NCBI RefSeq assembly: GCF_011386835.1
Contig: NC_088808.1
Span: forward strand, 17,360,001 to 17,424,000
From: Chrysemys picta bellii
Taxonomy: Eukaryota
Direction of reading: 5' to 3'
Length of the DNA stretch: 64,000 bases
A program made the position numbers and the translations under genes. A model generated the notes under the pieces. That model saw only the letters and a program-made list of their open reading frames with translations. It did no database searches and was not told the origin of the DNA. Shown piece by piece: positions 12,481-22,900 of the stretch; position 1 is the first letter of the stretch, and each line of letters begins with the position of its first letter.

Positions 12481-12608
12481 TAGGCATCCGATGAAGTGGG
12501 CATTCACCCACGAAAGCTTATGCTCCAATATATCTGTTAGTCTTAAAGGTGCCACAGGACTCTCTGTTGCTTTTTACAGATCCAGACTAACACGGCTACC
12601 CCTCTGAT
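12481..12608 (+). mobile_element. Solo Penelope-like element terminal repeat (pLTR)
   Basis: Closely matches the reverse complement of 44454-44581 (...GGTGCCACAGGAC...CAGACTAACACGGCTACCCCTCTGAT); splits the CR1 sequence at AACAT|TATGGCC. Confidence 0.9.
12484..12523 (+). ncRNA. Minimal type I hammerhead ribozyme motif with variant core (CCGAUGA)
   Basis: GCAT-CCGATGA-A-GTGGG(CATTCA)CCCAC-GAAA-GCTT-ATGC: stem I GCAT/ATGC, perfect 5-bp stem II, palindromic AGCU stem III. Confidence 0.7.
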
Positions 12609-13970
12609 TATGGCCAAAGATGCTAATACGAGCCTTGGATCCATAACATGGAATCTTGAGCAGGAATAGAGTGGTTATTTTACCTCTGCATGGTATATCA
12701 GCAATGGCGCAACCATTGCTGATATACCATATCCAGTTCCAATGTCCAAGTTCAAGGAAGATATTGATAAATTGGAGGGGTTTCAAAGAAGAGCCATGAG
12801 AATGATTAAAGAATTAGAAAACCTGCTTTATAGCGATAGACTCCAGTGCCTCAATCTAGTTTAACAAAGAGAACGGTAAGGGTGACTTGATTACAGTCTA
12901 TGAGTACCTACATGGGGAACAGATATTTAATAATGGGCTCTTCAATCTAGCAGACAAAGGTAGAACACAATTTAATGCCTTAAAGTTGAAACTAGACAAA
13001 TTCAGACAGGCAATAAGGAATTTTTAACATAATAAGAATAATTAACCATTGGAACAATTTACCAAGGGTCATGGTGGATTCTCCATCACTGACAATTTTT
13101 AAATCAAGATTTAATGTTTTTCTAAAAGATCTGCTCTAGGTATTATTTCGGGGGAAGTCCTATGGCCTGTGTTATACAGGAGTTCAGACTAGGTCACAAT
13201 GGTCTCTTGTGGCCTTGGCATTTATGACTCTATATTATTTCACTCAGAGGTTCCCAAACTGTGGTCCATGGAGCACTTCCTGGTGGTTGGCAGAAAGTTG
13301 GCTGCTCACACAGTGCTGATTCTCCTGTCTGTTTCTAGTTGCGACCTTGTATTAAAGATCACTGAAAATGCAATAAATTCCCAATGTTATTTTTCTACGT
13401 AGGCAATTGCTGTAGTTGCCTCAAGGCTGTTATGTGAGCATGAATGGGAGGGGAGGTGGTCCGATTGATTGTGAACATTGGATGAACGTAATCTTTGGCA
13501 TTTAGTTTCTGGAAGTGTACATGAACATAAATGTCGAGGGGAAAAGCCAGTGTGAGGGCCCAGGTTTTTTTTTATAATGTCTATTTCATGTTTAGGATAA
13601 TGAGGATGCCTGTAGCAAGCTGTGTTCTCTGTGCCTTTGTGACCCTCCAAAGCCAAAATCACCACATCTTGTGAAAACTAGTGCCAGTATTCACTGCCAT
13701 TGCCCTATACTTGAACCCATGGATTAGGGCTGTAATTTTATAGCTTCATGCAACAGAAACCACCACATCCCCCCCCCCCATCCCTGGCAGGCCATACTTG
13801 CCATGGATGGGGCTGGAGAGCAGTGCTTTGCAGAGACGCTCCAAAACTGAAGTGTCAATAAGCATAACTTATTAAAAGCATTTATGGGAATATGGGAAGG
13901 GAGTTTTGAAATGTTTCTTTCCTTTTCCGTTGTGACCGTAAATCCCGTAGTGCATATATCTATTTTTATC

Positions 13971-14380
13971 AGCAGCTTGTGGCAGTGTAGCCTTGAAGGA
14001 TGCCCCCTCCACATCCACAGAATGCCTGACACTGATGAGGAGGAGGACGGAGGAGGACATGTTTTTGTGAAATCCTGCAAGCCAGTGCTGCATTGTACCA
14101 CGAACAAAGGGCTTGGAGAGTCAGTGTGACCGACAGCCTGGAGAAAGACAGCGAGAACAGGAAAAAGGCCCTAGAGTCCCAGTCAAGGAGCAAGAAATGC
14201 ACCAGGACGTAATGCGTCTTTTCAGGCACCAAACCCAAATGCTTCAGATCCCGGTTGACCGACAGGTCCAAAAATCCTGGATTTCCCACCCTTTGCAGTC
14301 CTTGGAGAATTCCATGGTCACTGCTTCTTACACCCCCAATAGTCCATGTGGCATCATGGGATGCAGTTGGACCCCCTAGC
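13971..14380 (+). pseudogene. Remnant of the Harbinger second ORF (C-terminal part of the Myb/SANT-like partner protein)
   Basis: After acceptor TTTTTATCAG: LKDAPSTSTECLTLMRRRTEEDMFCEILQASAA...; after a frameshift, QEMHQDVMRLFRHQTQMLQIPVDRQVQ...PLQSLENS. This resembles reptile Harbinger ORF2 tails as recalled; the N-terminal Myb domain was not found. Confidence 0.6.
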
Positions 14381-14920
14381 ACACCACGCTGGGGGACAGC
14401 AAGGAAAACCACAGCTTCACATATACTGACCCGTGAGAACCATGACTGGTGTACATGTAACCACAATGGACTACATTTGTTTACTGAAATGGATATACAT
14501 TTGTACCTCCTTTTTAATTTAAATTTTCACCCTGTTAAGTTTTGTTAACATTTTGTATAGTATTGTACAGGGGTTTTTTTGTTTTGTTTTTTATACACAG
14601 ATTTTCTGCACTTTTTTTTCACTCAAAGTTCTAGTTTTGGAGAATCAAATGATCTTTATTCACAACAAATATTGCAGAATGCATAGTGGTACTTAAAGCA
14701 CATAGTACTTGTAAATGCACATCAAACACCACTGAATTTATAGCTTCAGGAAAACACCCAGCCATATTTATAAATGTGCAGCAAGCGAACACAATTCTTA
14801 CCCAAAGCTCCAGGCTCAACAGAATAGATACCAATAGGCAAAGACCCACCAATATGTAATGTATATTACACAAGACAGACACAAGTCCTTGAAAGCAGCC
14901 TAGAACATTACTGTAACTGA

Positions 14921-16135
14921 CTTAAAGTGCTCTTTCAAAGCCTCTCCCACCGCATAGCTCTGTGCTGGGCTCTTGGAAGAGCCCTGATGTCTGGCTGTTC
15001 AAAGTCAGCAGAGAGCTGCTCTACCTCCGCCCTCCACCTTGGCGGCAGCTTTTTCCCCTTTGCCTCACAGATATCACGCAGAACACAACAGGCTGTTATA
15101 GCCGTTCGGGTATTTTTCTCACTGAAATCCGTTCTAGTGGGTAAACACCGCTAGCGTTCCTTTAATTTACTAAAAGCACATTCAGTTATCATTCTGCACC
15201 TGCTGAGCGGTAGCTGAATCTTTCCTTGGTGCTGCTGACGGGGGGCAGGGGGTGTATGGCTTCGCGAGCAAGGGTGTGGGCTGCATCCCTCAGGATCCCT
15301 ATTAGCATTTCAATATTGCCAGTGGTAATCTGCCTGTCTGGAAACAACATCCTTGGTTGCAGCTTTTTAAAAAGTCCAGTGTTCTTAAAGATGCGAGCGT
15401 CATGCATCTTCCCTGACCTGGCCACACTGAGGTTGACGAAGCATCCCCGATGCTCCACCAACGCTTGCATAACCATAGAAAAGTAGCCCTTTCTGTTGAT
15501 GTACTCCATGGCAGGGTGAGCTGGTGCCGAAATAAGGATATGCATGCGGTCTATTGCCCCACTGCAGTTTGGGAACCCCATTGCTCCAATCCATCCCCTA
15601 TGTCCTGCACATTGCTGGGAGTCCTCGTGCTGCATAGAAGGGTACGATTAATGGCCCTGCATACTTGCCAGACGATGGCCCCCACTGTGGATTTTCCACT
15701 TCCAAAGTGATTTCCCACTGACTGATTGCAAGCTTCCAGTGATTGCTGCTCCCTTCTCCATTGTCAATGCAGCTCTCATTCTGGTGCCCCTGTGTTGGAG
15801 AGCTGGGCACACGTGCAGGAATGTGCGTGGCCGTTTGCATGTGAAAGTTCTGCAGCCACTGCTTCTTGTCCCAAACTTGCATTACAATGCAATCCCAGCA
15901 CTCAGTGCTTGTTTTTCAGGCCCAGAGTTGGCACTCCACCCTCTGCCGCTGCTTGGTGAATGCCACCAACAACTCTTACATTGTTTTTCACTATGTCCAT
16001 CAGCAAACTGTCCTTGAAGATATCCTCATGTGCTCCGTTGTTGCAGTACGTCTGGTGGGTCTGCAAATACAGGTGAACTGTGCATCCTGTATTTGCAACA
16101 TTCATGACAATAGTGCAAAGCTTTGCAGACTCCAT
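14921..16135 (-). pseudogene. Harbinger (HARBI1-like, DDE_Tnp_4) transposase pseudogene
   Basis: MESAKLCTIVMNV..., MQVWDKKQWLQNFHM, GFPNCSGAIDRMHILISAP, EYINRKGYFSMVMQALVEHRG, SGKMHDARIFKN, GILRDAAH, RMITECAF, ACCVLRDICE. D, D and E positions are recognisable, but there are several frameshifts and stops. Confidence 0.93.
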
Positions 16136-16967
16136 TCTTCTGGCAGAGATGGCAGAGACTGCAAAGCAACACGTGGGTTTGTGGGGTTTTTTAAAAAACA
16201 GCATGAAAATTATAGGCTATGGATGGTATTATTGGCTGGAGAAAGTTGCATGCTGGGAACTGGACCCCTAGCTCCCAAAGAGACCTGGGCAAGTCATTCC
16301 TAAATCACAAAACATTGCAAAAATGTCTGAAAAGGCATTCTATTGGATGGTGGTGCACGGCACCTTAGGATACCTACCTGTGGTGCACCACGCTTTGCAT
16401 CGATGCAAGCAGCCAAGTGTACACGGGCCCCAGCTACACACAAATTATGGTGGCTGTATGCCAGTGTAGACATGGCTTGAACCTGACCTCTGAGATTGAA
16501 TACAGCTCACTCTTGTGTCTCAGTGAAGTTATGTGTCATTCTCCCCATAGAACTGGAGTGAGTGGAGTTTTGCCTGGATAGGCACTGCCAGATTGTTCCC
16601 TCAGGAGCTGGGAAATCATCTTGTTTCTTTGACACTCTAGATCTGTTTCTCCTCCCCTGCAAATTGCTTCTTTACTTGTTGTTTACTTGGCTGTTAAAAC
16701 TGGCCCAAAGTTTCTATTCTTGCAGTGCCCTTTGGCTGTAACAAAATTGCAAATATTGCGCAAAAGCTTTCTCTCCACAGCTGTTCTTGTAAAAACTCCG
16801 GCAGCAACTGATTTCCCCCTCAGCTGCCCCTCTCTGCAGTGGATCAACTCTTTTATTTGTTTAAACTATGTATTCTTCACTTCCGCTCCATGTGATGCCT
16901 TGGGCTAAACATTTTAATCACTCCAGGCCAGCCTTTGCTGTTGTGTGTCAGTAGCAGTTCCTTCAAC

Positions 16968-19900
16968 ATGACCATCCATTCAATTTTCCTAGCTTTTGCG
17001 GTGATCCCTCTGGGATTCTGCTGGCCAGCAGCTTTCCAAGAGGTAAGTCTGACCTCCAGATTGCAAGAATGCTTTTCCCCCCTCTCTATAGAAATAGGAC
17101 AATGTGCGTTAAAACCAAAATGTATCAAGCCCTGCTAATCAAGAAAGTACAACCATCTCCTCTGGGTGATCATTCTGTACTAAAGACATCAAAATGAAAA
17201 TGAATAATAGTTAAATTGCTGAAGTTCTGCGCAGGGTGGGTGGTGCTGAATAAAGTTTTATTTCCATTTGTTTTTGCTTTGAAAATGTAAAGCTGCTGTT
17301 TTTCTTTTTGCAGAAATTTCTCAAGGCGTTGGATGCAGAAGACGTTTTCTCTTATTTTGGCACCAGTGCAGTCCTTGATGGTATGCAAGTCTTCTTCCTT
17401 CTGAATTTTGTAATGTGTCATCTTTGTAAATTTCTTTCTGATACTGTATAGTTGATATCAGTAAGCACACACTTTTATTGACATTAGCCCTGATCTGACC
17501 TGCAAACACTTATGCTTCTGATTGACTTTAGTAGTTTAGTTCAAGTGTGTAAATATTTGCAGAATTGAGTCTGTTATTTGGAAATCCGATCCAGTAATTC
17601 TTTTAGCACTTTTCTGTTTCACTTCCCCTTCTGCATATTGTTATTGTTTTAGTGCACAATTCATAGAAGGAAAGATTCTAAATAACCCTGGAACAGATCC
17701 AGATCAGCTGGGTACAAGAGTATAGACTATAATGATGATTTTATGTAAGTGTTTTTTGTAAACATTTCAAGAAAATATACTACTACATTTAGATTGATAA
17801 TAATTCAGGATTAAGATACTGTTTAGATTTAGGCGAGATTCTCAGGGCAGGGACATTGTGTACTTACATGTTTGTACAGTACCTAGCAATAATAATTTTC
17901 ACTTCTATCATGCTTTACATCTGATGAACTCAAAATATCTTACCTCTTTGTCAAGTAAATTGTTATCCCCATATACAAGTGGGGAAATGGGGGCACAGAG
18001 AGGTTACAAGTCTTGACCACGTTCACACAGCAAGTCAGTTTCAGTGCTAACAGGAGAACCTGGACCTCCTGATTACCAGTTCTGTGCTTTAGCTGCAAGG
18101 TGATATATCATCAGTTTCGGGGTTGATAACAACACAGAGGACCAGGGTTCTTGACATAATTAAAGGGAGAAGGCTCTTTGGAGAGTATTGTTTTTCATGG
18201 AAGCAGATAATTGTATTTATTTTCCCACGCATCGTTATTATTACTGTTAAGCATGTCTCTAATCCTAGTAATTTCTGGTATTTCTTCCAGTACCGGAATT
18301 TGTTATTGCTCAGCCAGCGTGTCCCTGTGAAGAGGACCAAGTTGAACCAAAATCTTGTAAAGTTCAACGCTGCTCCCTTAGGGCCTGGGGAGAACTCTAC
18401 GCCTTTGAATTCCTAGAGGACCACGTCTTTCTTTCCTCTTCCTTCGTGAGCGATCGAAAGCTGAACTCCTCCGTTAGTTTACTAAAGCAATTCCCAGGCA
18501 CCTGCGTTGCCGGTGGACAACTACTGCACCCTCCAGGGGCTGAATGTAGAGTCACTTACTGCGAAGGGCAGCTGGTGAGTATGCAGCATAGACTTTGAAA
18601 TCAAAACATCGGCTGCATTTACAACCCCTAATGACCAACGATGTTTTGCCATGTGCACTTGGCCAGTTGTCTCAGCGTGAAGATCCAGGTGCCTAGAAAG
18701 CAAAGTGTCAGATCAGAAATAAGGGGTTAGAGCGAAATTCATTCCTGTGCAGAGAACCAGTGCGAGGACTACGCACTCCATAACAGTTCCACTTGGACCT
18801 TGAAGGCGTTGTGAGGAATGCTTGGGGTGGAAGTGGAACTTATGTGGTGCATAGGCCTGGTGCTGGCCCCTCTGCCTAGAGATGAGTTTCACCCTGAGCT
18901 TGGAATGGAAGAAAATGCCCTGCCCTCTCGAAAACATAAGGGGATTTACTTTTTATTTATTGGGTCCAAACTTCCTTCAAGGTCTCAGGGGGTTCAGATC
19001 AGTTTTACAGAAGTGAGGTTGAGCGGAGAAATTCAAATCCAAATTTCCTCCAGAGTTTGAAGGGTTTCTGATCCGGTACTGTGGCTCGGGACCATCTCTC
19101 CTAGTTAGATAGCACTGTGAAGGCATTTCAGAGAGTCCAGAAAAGTCAGTGTCATTGCTCTGAAGGGTTTGCAGTTCAGTACAGTATATGGGATCACAAT
19201 TCTGCCATGAGAAAATGTAGAAACAGGCAAAGAAAGAAATAAGCCGCTCCCCCCACACCTGCTCAAAGGGAGGAAGGTCTTGAAACACTTATTTTTGGTC
19301 ACCCCAGTGCTGCCTCACTGAGCCTCCAGTTGCTTAATTTTTCAGAGCTTTTGGTAACCTGACAGTTTGGTGTTCATCCAAATCCTTCTGCTAACGGGAG
19401 ATCCCGATGATGTGTGAGGTACTCCACGGCAATACTTAGCGTTGATTTAATATCCTTTCCTATGAGGACCTGAAAGTGCTTTATAACATTAATGAACCAA
19501 GTGTCACACTGCCCTGAGGAAGGTAATAGTAACCCCGTTTTATAGACGAGAAAGCTGCGAGGATAATGACTCACCCAGTGTTACACAGCAAGTTCGTGGT
19601 GGAGTCAGGAACTGAATATAAGAAGCCTAAAACCCAGTCCCTTGCTCTAACCACTAGACCACACTCCCTCCTAGATCCTAGTAGGATCCTACCAATCACA
19701 AACAAACAGGAAGCCTTTGGTTTTGCATCCTGATGTGCTAAACATGTTCAGTCTTGCCTGGGTGCAGCACCCATTTGGGAAATCTTGGCAGTAAAGGGGA
19801 GAGCGGGAGGAGAGGTGGCCTGTGACTTTCTCTTGGTGGTGAATGCCTCTGGAATAACATAGGGGTGGGATTTTGCTTTCTTTAGCAAGGGGCTGTCATC

Positions 19901-22900
19901 ATGAACGAGGAAAAGATTCACATCAGGCCTGTGAGAAGCAAACACCTGAATGTGCTGGAAGACCCCAGCCTCCCCAGACCCCACATCATCTTCAGAGCGG
20001 CAGGGAGAGGGACAAGGACGATAGGAGGTATTGGATGTCTTGGGGCCAAGAGAGGAACCCCTGGCCCAATTCTGCCCTCTCTTTTTGCCTGCAGTCAGTG
20101 GGGTTGTCTGAATGACGATGAGGGCAGGACTTGTTGCCGTCACAACGTGTAAATGGTGCTCTCATTGAGACTGTGTAGTCCAGGAGCACTGTCTGTGCCT
20201 TGGAGAAGAGGCCGAGCTGCAGTCTATCACTCTCCTGTCTGCTTTCACCGTTGCTAAAACAACATATAGCCTCAGTAAGGACTCAGGATTTATCTTGGTC
20301 GGATAGGCATGGCCTTGTCACTCACCAGTTACTGCCAAACACAAGAGCAAAGAGATATGAACTTCAGCTGAGGATGAGTCAGGACTCAGGGTATGTAGGT
20401 GGGATATCTTGTGCATGATAAATTACCAAGGGAGGCAGCAGCAGCTACTAGAAATCAGGGCAGATGGGAATTAGCTAAGTGTCTGGAGGAAGCAATGTAT
20501 TGCTCATAAGTGTTCAATAGGCTGGGATGGACCTATGGGGCTTCCATGCCTTCTTCCATCCTAATCTCCCTTGTATTCCCTCACGTTGTAGAAAGAAAAT
20601 CTCGTCTCTGGAAAAGGGCAGAGGGGAGAGTCATGCACCTGGAGCTGCTGGTGGTAGTGGGCCCTGATGTTTATCAGTTCCACAAAGAGGACACCGAGAG
20701 GTACATCCTTACCAACCTGAACATCGTGAGTGGCTTTCTGTTTGGTTTCAGTGCCACATTTCCTGAGCCTATGGTGGCTTGTGTTGGAAGGGACCTCTGG
20801 GGGGGCGTCTGGCTAAGCCCCTAGCCAAATGTTCTGGAAGGGCCTCCACAGAAGTGAGTGGGAGCGCCCCTCCCCTGGGGACGTACAGAATACTGGACTG
20901 GGGTGCAAAGCAGCCCCTTCAGTGTGCAGCCACCTGCTTTGCCTGGGCCATTGTCCCCTCATCCAGGAAGCTGCAAGCATAAAGGAGGGCATTCACCAAC
21001 GCGGGGAGTGCAGCTTGAAAGCCCCAATTGGAAAATGTGTCCCTTCGTTTCCTTAGTAGCTGTTTGGGTGCTGGCTCCAGCATTAGGAGTTTATCCTTCA
21101 ACGCCCATTGATTTCAGTGGGTGTTGGATTGGGCTGTATTTGAGTTGATCTATCATTTTGCTGTATGGCTTTTAACATTCTGTTATTCATTTCTTCAGCG
21201 CTGCCCACCTTGCTCCAGGCAGGAACGTATCACTGTGTGTTCATGAGGATGGCAGGGGCTGGGGGACTCGGAGGGGTCTTGACATTCATTTCCACACCCT
21301 GTGAAATCCCTGGTTCTCTCTCTCCAGGAGGCTTTTAATCCTGTTAGTTACATCTAGTGGACAGACTTGGTGGCTTCCACTGAGTTTAGTTCTCAGAGGA
21401 ATCCTGGTTCTGTTTGTAACGGGCGCATTTCATGCATCTGCCTGTTTCTTTCCCTGGTGAGCTGCAGGTTTTATAACTGTCCATTCTAATGACCCGGTGT
21501 GTCACCTTGGCAGTGCATCCGGCTGGGACGGTGGAAGATCCTCGGTATGTGTAGGGAAGCCTCAGTGTCAGTGCAGGGCACAGACAGGAGTCACACCGGC
21601 ATCTTCATTATGAATCTCTTTCTGGCTCCTGCTTTTCCTTTTACAGGGTGCCGAGCTGCTGCGAGATGCCTCTCTGGGAGCTCAGCTCAGGGTTCACCTG
21701 ATGAGAATGATGGTCCTGACAGAACCAGAGGTAGAACATGGGGGGTTGTTCACAACCCCTAGAAGGGTCTGTCACAGGCGAGGCTGAGCCCAGCTCCCCT
21801 CAGAGGGCTAGCCAGCCTGTGACAGGGCCACTAAAGGGGAGGCATATGAAGATGTGCCTTCTCTTTAGGTGGGTATGAACATCACCACGAACATCACCTC
21901 CTCGCTGGTCAGTGTCTGCGAGTGGAGCAAGAAGGTCAATCCCCAGAGTGACTCAGATCCCCTGCACGCCGACCTTGTCCTGTATGTGACCAGGTAACAG
22001 AACTCCCCTGACTGAGGGGAGATTAGAGACGTAAGGTCAGGCTGGCAGAGTCAGGCGAACCGCAGCAACTGCTGGACGTGCTCAGCTGGGATGGGAGGAA
22101 AATGTGCAGCCTTTGGAGAGGGGCCTTACAATTCTCCTTGCGGGTGGCTTGCTGTGGTGTAGAAAGCCCTCATGCCAGTTGTTCCCCTGGTCTGGAAGGG
22201 GCAGGTATTCTGCATGTCCGCACCCACCAGCTCCCAGAGCACAGATGGGGCTGAATGCTGAACAATTCCACTTCCTCAGCTTCAGTGTTAACGGGAATGT
22301 CCCAGCCCGGCTGTGGCGGACTCAGCACAATTCCAGCGGAGGCCTGCGACCCCAGCAATGTTTGTATGATCACGGGAGGCTCATGTGAGGGCAGAAAAGT
22401 CTAGAAGAGGTAGAAACCCAGTGGTTGTTATAGAGAAATTCCCCAGCTACAGAGATTTCCTCTGACTCACACATTTGCTTGGCTCCCAGGCTCACATTAT
22501 TCTCAATTGACCGTAGCTAATGACACCTGACAAACTCCCATTGAATGTAATGTCCTTGTTTAGTTGCTCTTCTCTGCACAGAGGGGATTCTTGTATCTGT
22601 CTCCTGCAGACAGGGTTATATCTAATCAACATGCGCCGGGTAGGGTGGTACCCGAGCAGGTTCTAGGTACTAAGGCCTTGGCTACACTTGGCGGCAGCGC
22701 TGTGAAGCACAAGTGTAGTCTCTCGCAGCGCTGTATGTACTCCACCTCTCCGAGGGGAGTAGCGTGCAGCGCTGCGAGCGAGCGTGCAGCGCTGCAGGCG
22801 CTGATTACACTGGCGCTTTACAGCGCTGCACTCGCTGCGCTCGGGGCGGGGCGTTTTCACACCCCTGAGCGCAGCAAGTTGCAGCGCTGTACAGCGCCAG

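Larger units (their letters stand above)
12360..13232 (+). mobile_element. CR1 LINE 3' fragment, interrupted by a Penelope terminal repeat
   Basis: Typical CR1 RT 3' region (GACTCTGAAAAAGATTTAGGGG..., GATAAATTGGAGGGGTTTCAAAGAAGAGCC..., GTTGAAACTAGACAAATTCAGAC) ending in a TATGACTCTAT-type tail. Confidence 0.85.
13690..16476 (-). mobile_element. Decayed autonomous-type PIF/Harbinger transposon (left boundary uncertain, probably truncated)
   Basis: Convergent transposase (-) and Myb/SANT-partner (+) remnants; right terminus CCAGTGTAGACATGGC at 16461-16476. Confidence 0.85.

Noticed and set aside
14921-16135. Domesticated HARBI1/NAIF1-like gene pair
   Set aside because: Multiple frameshifts and in-frame stops in both ORFs and a missing Myb domain indicate an ordinary decayed transposon.
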